Shown here piece by piece: positions 35,975 to 44,616 of a stretch of 64,000 bases of DNA. The notes under the pieces are model-generated. The model was not told where the DNA came from and did no database searches. It saw only the letters and a list, made by a program, of their open reading frames with translations. The stretch is from contig JAPOPW010000034.1 in NCBI GenBank assembly GCA_026712715.1, forward strand, positions 31,720 to 95,719, read 5' to 3'. Source of the stretch: Immundisolibacterales bacterium. Lineage in GTDB: Bacteria > Pseudomonadota > Gammaproteobacteria > HK1. Position 1 is the stretch's first letter; each line of letters starts with the position of its first letter. Made by a program: the position numbers and the translations under genes.

Positions 35975-36739
35975 TCAGGTTTCGTCCCACACCTTCTCGG
36001 TGAGGGGGAGCCCCTTGATGTCCTCGGCCGTGAGCGGTGCGTCCGGCTCTACTCCCGTCTGCTCGAGCAGCGAGGCGAGCTGGCGCACGTGCTGGGTCGA
36101 GTGCCACACCGTGCGCTCGAGCATCTCGTGCCGGGTGGTGGTGCCGAAATAGACTTCCATCTCGCGATCGAAGTCTTCGTCGGCCACCTCGTTCCACCAC
36201 CCGTGGAACCGGTCTCGAGTCCGCTCGCCGAATGCGGCGATGTCGGCGCTCGAGCGGATTTCGTCGGGCGGCGGGGCGGTGAGGTCCTCGTAACGCATGG
36301 GAGTCCCGGACGCGTCCATGTCGAGAAAGGCGTTCGGGATCTGGAACAGGTGATGCATCAGGCCCCGCCACGAACGGGGCCGATTGGGAAGCTCGTTCTC
36401 GAGCCGGTCGTCCGGCATCTGCCGGGTGAGGCGGACGGCGGTCGCAAGCACGCGGCGGTAGCGTTCGGCGAGCTCGGCGGGAGAGAGCTGCGGCCGGGTA
36501 TCGTCGCCCAGGCCGAGAAAGTCCACGACGTCCTTGATGACCTGGGCGAAGACGAACTCGCTCCCCCGGGACACGACCGGGACCGAACGGGCACCCAGCG
36601 ACCTCAGGCGCTCAAGCCCGCCTTCGTCCTCGAGAACGTTTACCGATTCGAACTCGATCCCACGGACCGAGAGGTATTCCTTTACCCTGAGACAACTGGT
36701 TCAGTGCGGTTGCCAGAAGACCGCGATGGCGTCGGCCAT
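35975..36739 (-). CDS. Glutaredoxin-like / DinB-family fusion protein with in-frame TGA at the first Cys position of the CxxC motif (candidate selenoprotein or fresh pseudogene)
   Basis: Track ORF 35975..36574 is the DinB part (HHLFQIP..., WHSTQHVRQL His motifs; confidence ~0.85 on its own). The same frame continues upstream through a single TGA (36701-36703) to ATG 36737-36739, preceded by GGAG. That stretch reads MADAIAVFWQPH-TGA-TSCLRVKEYLSVRGIEFESVNVLEDEGGLERLRSLGARSVPVVSRGSEFVFAQ..., a glutaredoxin fold with U/stop-TSC where CxxC is expected. Confidence 0.55.
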
Positions 36740-36820
36740 GCCGATTTCTCCAGTTGCCGGGACAGGTGAATCGCGCCAGTTTAACCCATCGCACGCCGCC
36801 CCGCCGGGACCCGGGCACCC

Positions 36821-39349
36821 TCAATCGAAGTCGCGCGCCACCCGAAGACCGACGTTGCGATGGATGGCGTAGGCGATCCCGCTTCGATTCGCAGAACGCA
36901 TGCTCCAGGGACGATTGAGCCAGGAGCCGCCACGCAGCGTCCGGAACACGCACTTGCCGCCGAACTCCGCCGCCAGGTAGGCGCTTCCGTCAACCGGGGC
37001 TCCTTCGTAGGTCTTGCGCCAGCAATCCTCCGTCCACTCCCAGACGTTCCCGTGCACGTCGTGCAGGCCGAACGGGTTCGGGGGGAACGAGCCGACCGGA
37101 GCCGTCCGCTTCTGTCCGTCCCACTCGGACTTGCAGCCGGAACAGTTCGCCCGGCCCTTCCCCACCTTCCGGCCCCAGGAGTACCGGGAAGTCGAACCCG
37201 CCCGGGCCGCGTACTCCCACTCGGCCTCGGTCAGCAGGCGGTAGGGCTCGCCCGTCTTCCGCGAGAGCCACTTCACGTACGCGCGCGCGTCCTTCCAGCG
37301 CACACCGACGACGGGACGGCGGCCTTTTCCCCAGCCCTGATCGTCGGGGTTTCTTTTGCAGGCCCCGGCACGAAAACACGATTCCCATTCGGCGAAGGTC
37401 ACCTCGTATCGTCCCACCGCCAACGGCTCGGAGATGGATACGCGGCGCTGCGGTCCTTCGTCGTCGGAGCGGCCCATCTCCGTCCGGGGCGAGCCCATCA
37501 GGTAGCTTCCGGCCGGAACCACCACCATCTCCGGACACTCGCGGCAGTCCCGGAACGTCCGCCCGGGGGTGCGCTCCTCGGCGCGTCGCACCGCCGCGGC
37601 ACGTAGCCCGCGAATCTCCGCGGCGCCGGGACTGTCCCGATGCGACCGGAGATAGTCGTCGTAGGCAGCGACCGTGGCGACGCGAATCGCGCGCGCATGC
37701 GCCGCCCGTTCCGCGCGCCTCGCCTCTTCCCGCCGACGCTCTTCCTCGCGCCGCTTCGCCTCCGCGGCGAGCCGCTCGCGCTCCAGGCGTTCCTGAAGCT
37801 CGCGGCGGGCCGACTCCTCCCGGAGCTCCGTTTCGCGCCGGAACGCGTCGGCCAGGAAGCGTCCCTGCGGTTGCGTGAGCCGGTACTGCTCGAAGCCCTC
37901 GATCGTATCGAGCTGCTCTGCAAGCGCGAACGCCGCTTCATCCGCACGACGCTCCTTCTCACGGCCTCTTTCTTCGGCCGCGAGCCGCTCGCGGGCCAGG
38001 CGCTCCTCCTCCGCCCGGCGTGCCTCTTCTTCGGCCAGGCGCTCGCGCTCGAGCCGTGCTGCCGCGGCCACACGGGCCTCCTCGGCCCGGCGAGCGGCCT
38101 CCCGGCGCTCCGCGTCCGCCACCGCCGCCACCAGCGCGTCGACCTCCCCGCGAGTGAGAAATCCCGTCACCGGCTTGCCGTTGGCCGCCTGGTAGTCGCG
38201 GATCGCGCCGCGCGTCCTCGGACCGAACTTGCCGTCCGCGGCGCCGACGTCGAAGCCGAGAGACGCAAGGCTGCGTTGGACCATGGTCCGGTCCGCCCGC
38301 ACGAGATCCAGGGTCATCTCTCGCGCCGCCGCCAGCTCGACCGGCAGGGGCGACGTCTCGCTCGCGCCATCGGCCGGGCCGCCGGCCGCCGTTCCCGCTC
38401 CGGGCGTCTTCGATCCCTCTCGCTCGTCGCCGGCCGACTCGAGCATCGGCCGGGCTGGATACGTTCCTTCCGATGCGATCGCAACCACCGTCTCCGTCCG
38501 CCCGATGAGGCTCGCGCGCTGCCGCCGCTTGAACTTCCTCCGAACCGCCCGCGTCATGTGACGGTCGAGATACCGCTTCACCTCCCGTGCAGTCACCCGG
38601 CCGTCCTGATTCCGATCACCCTTGCCGTACAGGGCATCTAGGAGATGGTGGGTGAACGCTCCATGCCCCGCCTCCTCATCCCAGGACGCGAGTTGGGCCT
38701 TCGACGCAGCGGTCAGCACCGTGAACCGCCCGTGCGTCTGCACGGGAAGGCTCGCCTCCACGTAGACCGGCGAGGCTGAGCGAACCAGCGTCCCGCCGGG
38801 GCTGTCCCCGGAGAAGCACGCGTCGAGGTACATCGTGACCGAGCGCGCCTCCGTGAGCTTCGCGAGGTTCCCGTAGAGCACGTCGATGGGGAATCCGTTG
38901 ATCTCCGCGGTGTCGGCGTGGGCGTCCGACGGTAGCAGGTACCCCCGGCCGTCCTTCTGGCCCGGCACCCCGTGGCCGGAGTAGTAGACGACGACGTCCG
39001 AACCGCCCTCCGGATTCAGATAGCTCCAGAGATCGCCCTCGCCGCCGTGCTCGCGCTCATTGCCGAAGGTGGTTTCGAGCTCCACCTTCGTGGCGTCGCG
39101 CAGATCGATGATGTTCTCCGGGTCGTAACCGAGCACGTCGAGCACGTAGCGCTTGAACGCCTCCGCATCACGATGCGCGAAGTCCACCGACGGCACGCGG
39201 TCGTTCACGTAGTTGCGGTTGCCGACGATGACCGCGACGCCGTCCGGGTTGGCGAACTCCGCCCGCGCGGTGGCGAGGGGAGCGGACGCGGCCGCAGCGG
39301 CGGCTGCGAGCAGGACGCTCCTGGCGAGCGTGCGGACGTTCTTCACCAT
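36821..39349 (-). CDS. Secreted caspase-like peptidase (C14) + peptidoglycan-binding domain + coiled coil + SUMF1/EgtB/PvdO (FGE-sulfatase) domain protein, paralog 1
   Basis: Track ORF 36821..39637, started at ATG 39349, preceded by GGAGAG. The signal peptide ends ...ATARA/EFANP. The caspase dyad is YYSGHG (H126) and LDACFSG (C178). The PG_binding_1-like module is GAADGKFGPRTRGAIRDYQ. There is a Glu/Arg-rich coiled coil. FGE-type motifs are MVVVPAGSYLMGS, HGNVWEWTEDCW and LRGGSW. Confidence 0.85.
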   Translation of the reverse strand: MVKNVRTLARSVLLAAAAAAASAPLATARAEFANPDGVAVIVGNRNYVNDRVPSVDFAHRDAEAFKRYVLDVLGYDPENIIDLRDATKVELETTFGNEREHGGEGDLWSYLNPEGGSDVVVYYSGHGVPGQKDGRGYLLPSDAHADTAEINGFPIDVLYGNLAKLTEARSVTMYLDACFSGDSPGGTLVRSASPVYVEASLPVQTHGRFTVLTAASKAQLASWDEEAGHGAFTHHLLDALYGKGDRNQDGRVTAREVKRYLDRHMTRAVRRKFKRRQRASLIGRTETVVAIASEGTYPARPMLESAGDEREGSKTPGAGTAAGGPADGASETSPLPVELAAAREMTLDLVRADRTMVQRSLASLGFDVGAADGKFGPRTRGAIRDYQAANGKPVTGFLTRGEVDALVAAVADAERREAARRAEEARVAAAARLERERLAEEEARRAEEERLARERLAAEERGREKERRADEAAFALAEQLDTIEGFEQYRLTQPQGRFLADAFRRETELREESARRELQERLERERLAAEAKRREEERRREEARRAERAAHARAIRVATVAAYDDYLRSHRDSPGAAEIRGLRAAAVRRAEERTPGRTFRDCRECPEMVVVPAGSYLMGSPRTEMGRSDDEGPQRRVSISEPLAVGRYEVTFAEWESCFRAGACKRNPDDQGWGKGRRPVVGVRWKDARAYVKWLSRKTGEPYRLLTEAEWEYAARAGSTSRYSWGRKVGKGRANCSGCKSEWDGQKRTAPVGSFPPNPFGLHDVHGNVWEWTEDCWRKTYEGAPVDGSAYLAAEFGGKCVFRTLRGGSWLNRPWSMRSANRSGIAYAIHRNVGLRVARDFD

Positions 39350-39652
39350 GCTGTTCTCTCTCCTGCACGAAGCGGTCTGCGGCCAGGTATCCGCCTGCCT
39401 TCCGTGCAGCGGGTGGCCAGTGGAACCTCCGGTACCTGGCCCGTAAATGGAAGGTCCGGAAACCATTCTCGAAAACATCGCCTCGGGCCGCAACCGCGAA
39501 GGCGCATTCGCACGGCCCGGGCCGGGCGACGGTTCGGGCCGGACCGCGCCAGCGCGCGCGGCGGGACCGCGGGAGGGCGGCAATTTCACGCCCGTTCCTT
39601 CCATTGGCGGCACTGTACGATTACCGCATTCACTCACGAGAGGAACCGAACC

Positions 39653-40684
39653 ATGTCACAGCCCCTGCCTTCCACCGCCAGACTGCTCGGCCTCGCGGCC
39701 GTGGTGTCCTTCGCCACCGCATGCGCCACCGTGCCCCCCGCCGCGAGTGCGCAGGGCAACGTCGGCACCAACATTCCCGTGCTCGTCATGAGCGAGGACG
39801 AGGATCCGAACACGGTCAAGCGATCCAGCGACATCTTCAAGCGGGTCATCGCCGAGCTCCAGGGCTCGATGCAGCGCCACGGCTTCCGGATGATCGACGA
39901 GGAATCGGTGGCGGCCGACCTGGGCTGGGAGATTTCCGACCGGCGTCCCAAGCGCGAGCTCATCGAGTCCATCAAGCTCATGGGCAAGAGCGGCAAGGCG
40001 TCGCACCAGGTGCGCGCCTGGGTGCTGTTCCGCATCCACGCGCAGGCCAAGCAGCTCTCCTTCGCGACCAAGGTGCAGACCCGCATCGACGGCGAGCTCT
40101 ACGACGCCGCTTCCAACCAGTTCCTCGACACCTTCGAGATGCCCCGGGAGGAATATCCGGCGCCGAAGGACTGCCTGGAGTCCTCGATCTGCATCAGCGA
40201 GGTGGTGGGCGACCGCGCACGCGAGATCGCGGGCGGCCTCGGCGAGGTGCTGGCCCGCAAGCTCGAGCGCTACTCCCCGCCGCGGGCGAGCGGCGCGGGG
40301 AGCGGAACCGCGGTCACCGGCGGCTCGGGCGGCGGAACCCACACCGGCGCGGGCCACGGCATGATGACCCCGTACACGGTGACCCTGCGCTACTTCGACG
40401 ATCGCGAGGCGCTCACCATCATCGGGGTGATGGCCGACGAATTCCCCGGCTACGAGACCCACGACCTCATCAACAAGTCCGCCACCGTCCGGCGCTACGA
40501 GTACCTCACCACCGCGAAGGCGATGAAGCTCGAGGAATGGCTGTTCATCCTGCTCCGCGACATGGGCTTCGACGAGACGCGCGAGATCCTCGTCCACGTG
40601 CAGGGCACCGACATCACGGTGGACAAGCTCATCCCGACCCCGCACCGCCCGGCGTCGCCGGACGAGAAGAAGCGCTTCAACTAG
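39653..40684 (+). CDS. Hypothetical lipoprotein (two domains joined by Gly/Ser-rich linker)
   Basis: This is the C-terminal 343 aa of track ORF 38972..40684. ATG 39653 is preceded by GAGAGGAA. It has a signal peptide with a lipobox-like FATA-C. It is divergent from paralog 1 and is followed by a strong terminator. I recognised no family. Confidence 0.7.
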   Translation: MSQPLPSTARLLGLAAVVSFATACATVPPAASAQGNVGTNIPVLVMSEDEDPNTVKRSSDIFKRVIAELQGSMQRHGFRMIDEESVAADLGWEISDRRPKRELIESIKLMGKSGKASHQVRAWVLFRIHAQAKQLSFATKVQTRIDGELYDAASNQFLDTFEMPREEYPAPKDCLESSICISEVVGDRAREIAGGLGEVLARKLERYSPPRASGAGSGTAVTGGSGGGTHTGAGHGMMTPYTVTLRYFDDREALTIIGVMADEFPGYETHDLINKSATVRRYEYLTTAKAMKLEEWLFILLRDMGFDETREILVHVQGTDITVDKLIPTPHRPASPDEKKRFN

Positions 40685-40710
40685 GAAACGCGGCGACGTC
40701 CCGCCTCGAC

Positions 40711-40750
40711 GCCGGAGCGGCCCTCCTCGGGGGCCGCTCCGGCGTTTTGC
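40711..40750 (+). terminator. Rho-independent terminator
   Basis: The stem gccggagcggccc / gggccgctccggc (13 bp, perfect) has a ~6-nt loop and is followed by GTTTTGCG. It begins 27 nt after the stop at 40684. Confidence 0.65.
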
Positions 40751-41064
40751 GCTTCCACCCCCAGCGAGGCCGCGCCTCCGACCGACGACAGGGGTTCGGA
40801 GCCATCGGACGGTTCCGCAACCGCCGGCGCGTCGTGTCGGAAGCAGCCTCGTACCTCACGTACAGGACGCCGCATTGCAGACCTGATTCATCCGTGAGGA
40901 TCGGGGCCCCTCGAGGCGTCTGGAGCGGTGGTCGGCAGCGGCGGGCGAAACGGATCGGCAAATCGACCGGTTCGGGACGGGGGGACGGACTTCACTTCAT
41001 ACGCCGCGAGCTCGGGCTTGCAAACGCACCGGCGAGGCCTCATGATGAAAATCGTGCATTTTGA

Positions 41065-41600
41065 ATGCATGATTTCCACTTCCAGCGCCGGACGATCGTG
41101 AACTATATCGAGCGGTCCCTGGAGCCAATCCTCAGGCGAGCGGCAACCGAGTTTCCCGCGGTGGTGCTGACCGGGCCGCGCCAATCCGGGAAGACCGCCG
41201 TGCTGCGTCGCCTCTTCGGCGGTTCCCATCGTTACGTCTCCCTCGAACCGCCCGACGTGGGGGAGGCGGCGAGAGAGGATCCCTCGGCGGCGCCATCCTC
41301 GAGACTGCGGTCATCTCGGAGATCGTGAAGACTCTCACCCACCGGGCGATCGACCCGCAGGTGCATTTCTGGCGGACGCAGGCGGGAACGGAGGTGGACG
41401 TGGTGGTGGCGGCGCAAGGCAGGCTCGTGCCCGTCGAGGCCAAGCTCTCCGCAACGCCGCGGCCGGGCATGGCGGCCGCGATCCGGACGTTCAGGAAGGA
41501 TCTCGGGGCGGAGGCGTGGCCCGGATACGTGGTTCACCCGGGCGACGTCCGGCTGCCGCTGGGCGACGGCGCGACCGCGCTCCCGTTTGCGGACCTTTAG
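41065..41600 (+). pseudogene. AAA ATPase (DUF4143 family) with large internal deletion and frameshift
   Basis: Track ORFs 41065..41328 and 41325..41600 cover it. The N-terminal ~73 aa (FPAVVLTGPRQSGKTAVLRRLF...LEPPD...EDP) contain the Walker A. They join out of frame to the family C-terminus (AILETAVISEIVKTL...HFWRTQAGTEVDVVV...VEAKLSATP). About 250 central residues are missing. Confidence 0.7.
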
Positions 41601-41630
41601 CCCGCGGTCGGACGCGGGGCCGGGCAGGCG

Positions 41631-42419
41631 TCACTGGATGACGATGACGCCGCTCCCTCCCTTCTTGTCGTCCTCGTCCTCGTCTTCCGGCATGCGCTCC
41701 GGGGACCCGCCGCCCGGGACGCTGACGACGACGCCGTCGCCGCCGGCCCCGCCGCTCCCGCCCGACTGCGGTGGAGCCGGTGCCGGCGGTTCGGACGCCC
41801 CGGACGCAGCCCCGCCAGCCGGCTCATCGCCCGGCGCACGGTTCGCGGGCGGTTGAAAGGTGACGACCTCGACCCGCCGCTGGGCCGGATCGCCGTGGGG
41901 CAGGTCCTCGCGCGGGCGCTTCTCGCCGTGGCCCCGCACCTCGCGGAAACGGGTCTCGGCGATGGTGAAGTGCTCTCGCAGCCAGGCCGCGACCGCCTCG
42001 GCGCGCCGTTGGGAGAGCTTGCGGTTGAACTCGGCCGGCCCGCTCGAATCGGTGTGGCCGTACACCCCGATCGGTACCTGACCCAGCGCCTCCGAGACGA
42101 GCGCGGCGCCGAGCTCCCGGAGCTGGGCGACGGCGCTCTCGCCGAGCTCGGCCGAGTTCTTCCGGAACTCGACCCGGAGGTCGACGGAGCGGGTCTCGAG
42201 CGGGTCGCCGGTGATCGGGATGAGCTTGCCGACGAGGTCGTCTCGCCCCACCACCGGCACCGTGTCGCCCTCCTTCGGTGCGTCGCCGGCTGCCGCCGCG
42301 AGCGCGGGCAGCCCGCCGGCGAGGACGACGGTGAGCGCGAGCCCCGCCCGCGCCGCCGCTCTTGCGCGCGAACGGCGCCGCGGTCCGCGACGGGGGCCGG
42401 ATCGAGTGCGTGCCGCCAT
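41631..42419 (-). CDS. OmpA-family peptidoglycan-associated protein
   Basis: Track ORF 41631..42419. It has an Arg-rich signal region. The OmpA_C motifs are VEFRKNSAEL..., GHTDSSGPAEFNRKLSQRRAEAV and RRVEVV. The C-terminal tail is acidic and Gly-rich. Confidence 0.8.
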   Translation of the reverse strand: MAARTRSGPRRGPRRRSRARAAARAGLALTVVLAGGLPALAAAAGDAPKEGDTVPVVGRDDLVGKLIPITGDPLETRSVDLRVEFRKNSAELGESAVAQLRELGAALVSEALGQVPIGVYGHTDSSGPAEFNRKLSQRRAEAVAAWLREHFTIAETRFREVRGHGEKRPREDLPHGDPAQRRVEVVTFQPPANRAPGDEPAGGAASGASEPPAPAPPQSGGSGGAGGDGVVVSVPGGGSPERMPEDEDEDDKKGGSGVIVIQ

Positions 42420-42449
42420 GGTCGCTCCTCCTGCTACTGGGTGCGAGGG

Positions 42450-42911
42450 CTACTGAGCGCGCAGGACCGGCTGCGGCTCGGGCCGCCGCAGCTCGTGGTC
42501 CCGCTCGATGGACGCCACTTCGGGCATCTCGAGAAGGCGGGCGATGAGCTCACCGTCCGCGTCGAGGGCGATGACGGGGAAGAGGCTGAACGTGCGGACG
42601 GCGGCGAGCTCGCCGGCCGGCATGATCGCCGCGAGGCGCTCCATCACCCGCGCGGCGGCCCCCGTGCCCGAACCGTCCCCCACCGCGAGGTTTACGATGA
42701 TCGGCAGCTTCCCGGTCGCCGGCTGACCCGCCGCTTCCGCCGCGCGCACCGCCGCCTCCGGAGACTCCCCTTCCACTGCGGGGACCTGGCAGGCGGCGAG
42801 AAGGCCCGCGAGCAGCAGGCATGCCATCGCGTGCACCACCGCCCCGATCCCGGGAAGGCCCATGCGGCACCCGGCCTCCGGGCCGGCCGCTAACCGGTAA
42901 CGGGTTTCCAT
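42450..42911 (-). CDS. Lipoprotein resembling a stand-alone subtilase propeptide (inhibitor I9-like)
   Basis: This is part of track ORF 42450..43007, started at ATG 42911 (ATG 42863 is an alternative). The lipobox is LLAA-C. IIVNLA...VRTFSLFPVIALDADGELIARLLEMPEVASIERD follows the I9 propeptide pattern. It also parallels VTRRYENFPVLAMEMDRAALRAAKEYGGTVEVFDD in the N-terminus of the adjacent S8 protease. Confidence 0.55.
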   Translation of the reverse strand: METRYRLAAGPEAGCRMGLPGIGAVVHAMACLLLAGLLAACQVPAVEGESPEAAVRAAEAAGQPATGKLPIIVNLAVGDGSGTGAAARVMERLAAIMPAGELAAVRTFSLFPVIALDADGELIARLLEMPEVASIERDHELRRPEPQPVLRAQ

Positions 42912-43102
42912 CCCTTGCCATCCTCCGTCGGTGGGTCGGGCTGCGGCAGCGGGTCCGCCGGCGTCTGGGGCGCGCATCCGATGAGCAGGCCCGTGAGCAG
43001 CAGGCATGCGCCCAGGGCGGACCGCGCGCGCGCGCGGAGGGCGGGGGCGGGGGCGGGGGCGGGGCCTCTCGTCCCAGTCTCTAGCCGGTGATGGCCTTCC
43101 AT
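42890..43102 (-). CDS. Small Pro-rich lipoprotein (70 aa)
   Basis: Track ORF 42890..43102. The signal peptide is ...ALGACLLLTGLLIG-C (lipobox). The start overlaps the S8 gene end by 22 nt and the end overlaps the next gene start by 22 nt. Confidence 0.5.
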   Translation of the reverse strand: MEGHHRLETGTRGPAPAPAPALRARARSALGACLLLTGLLIGCAPQTPADPLPQPDPPTEDGKGWKPVTG

Positions 43103-44616
43103 TCTTTCTTCTCCTTTGCGGGTTCGGTACCTGGTCCCGGCGCGGGCTCCGGCTTGGGTCCGGGACTGCCGCCGGGCTTCGGCTCGAGGGTCAACTGCGG
43201 AACGGGCACCGCGGACGAGCCGGCCGCCGCGGGCCCGAGACGTTCGATGGCCGCGCCGACGTCGATCAGCCGGGCCGCCCGGCCGCCGCTTCGCCGGTCC
43301 GGGATCTGCGGACCGGTGCTCTCGAGCACCCGCAGCAGCTCCTCCACCGAGCTGTGGGGAGACGCCTGCTTCAGGACCGCGAAGGCGCCGGCGACGTGCG
43401 GAGCGGCCATGGACGTTCCCGGCCAGCTATCGAATCCACGCTCCAGCCGGCCTCCTCCCTCGTCCTTCACGACGGACGATTGGATGTCGACCCCGGGGGC
43501 CAGCAGGTCGAGGGTCGGTCCGCTGTTGGAGAAGGAGGCGACCTCCTTCCCCTTCGTGACCGCTCCAACGCTGACGAAGCCCTCGACGCAGGCAGGGAAT
43601 CCCACCGGCGCCGCCCGGTCTTCCTCGGAGTCGTTTCCGGACGCCACCACCACCGGGACCCCGACCTCCCGGAAGAGGCGCGATGCGAGGTCCCACACGC
43701 GCGACGGGCAGACCCCCGGCTCGTCGCGGGACGCACCCAGGCTCATGTTGACCGCTCCGATGACCCCCGGATAGCGCCGCGCGAGGGTGATGACGACGTC
43801 CAGCGCGGCGAGGATGTTCCGTCCGCTCATCCCGCGCCGGCTCCGGTTGGCGACACTGATGATGATGAGCCGAAGTTCCGGCCCGACCCCGGCGAGGTCC
43901 TCGTCCACCGCCCCCCCGAGGGCGATCCCGGCGACGTGGGTCCCGTGCGAGCCGGCCGGAAGGGCCGCGCCCGGGCCGATCATCTCGGGGCGGCCGTTCG
44001 GACAGACGTCGGCGAAGCAGGCCTCGAAGACGGTGCGGCCCGCGAGGAAGGGGTGGCGCGTGTCGGCACCGTCGTCGATGACCGCGACCGCGAGCCCCCG
44101 GCCGGCATAACCCCTCCTCCACGCCCGCGGCGCCCCCACGAGGCTCGCGCTCTCGTCGAGGAGCGGCTCGAGCACCGGGTCGTCGAAGACCTCTACGGTG
44201 CCGCCATACTCCTTCGCGGCCCGGAGCGCGGCCCGGTCCATCTCCATCGCGAGGACCGGGAAGTTCTCGTACCGCCGGGTGACCGCGACACGCGCGGACG
44301 TCCCTTCGAGGCGCTTCACGAACTCGTCGCCGGTGATCGCGACCAGCCCATTGCCGCGGCTCCCCCGGGCGGCCTCGTCGCCGGTGACGGGGCGCCACCC
44401 GGTGACGAGGGCCGACACCGTGCCATCGGACCCGGCGCTCCGAAGGAGCCGCTCGAAGTCGTCGGCGAGGGCGGGCGCCGACGACGGCAGGTGGGCGATG
44501 GCGACGACAAGGGCGGCGAGGAACGAGCGTCGGACGCGGGGACGCCATCGCCCGGCTCGGACCCTGGACTCTCCGGTGGAGGAAGCTCCCTTCGTCTTCG
44601 TCCCGTGCGCCATCAT
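43081..44616 (-). CDS. S8 family (subtilisin-like) serine peptidase, secreted
   Basis: Track ORF 43081..44766, started at ATGATG 44616, preceded by GGAGGAG. It has a signal peptide. The catalytic triad motifs are VAVIDDGAD (Asp), HGTHVAGIA (His) and GTSMAAPHVAG (Ser). Confidence 0.9.
   Translation of the reverse strand: MMAHGTKTKGASSTGESRVRAGRWRPRVRRSFLAALVVAIAHLPSSAPALADDFERLLRSAGSDGTVSALVTGWRPVTGDEAARGSRGNGLVAITGDEFVKRLEGTSARVAVTRRYENFPVLAMEMDRAALRAAKEYGGTVEVFDDPVLEPLLDESASLVGAPRAWRRGYAGRGLAVAVIDDGADTRHPFLAGRTVFEACFADVCPNGRPEMIGPGAALPAGSHGTHVAGIALGGAVDEDLAGVGPELRLIIISVANRSRRGMSGRNILAALDVVITLARRYPGVIGAVNMSLGASRDEPGVCPSRVWDLASRLFREVGVPVVVASGNDSEEDRAAPVGFPACVEGFVSVGAVTKGKEVASFSNSGPTLDLLAPGVDIQSSVVKDEGGGRLERGFDSWPGTSMAAPHVAGAFAVLKQASPHSSVEELLRVLESTGPQIPDRRSGGRAARLIDVGAAIERLGPAAAGSSAVPVPQLTLEPKPGGSPGPKPEPAPGPGTEPAKEKKEWKAITG

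Noticed and set aside
38972-40684. A 570-aa ORF taken as a single protein.
   Set aside because: The first 227 codons are antisense to caspase paralog 1. An ATG with RBS and a lipoprotein signal peptide begins at 39653.
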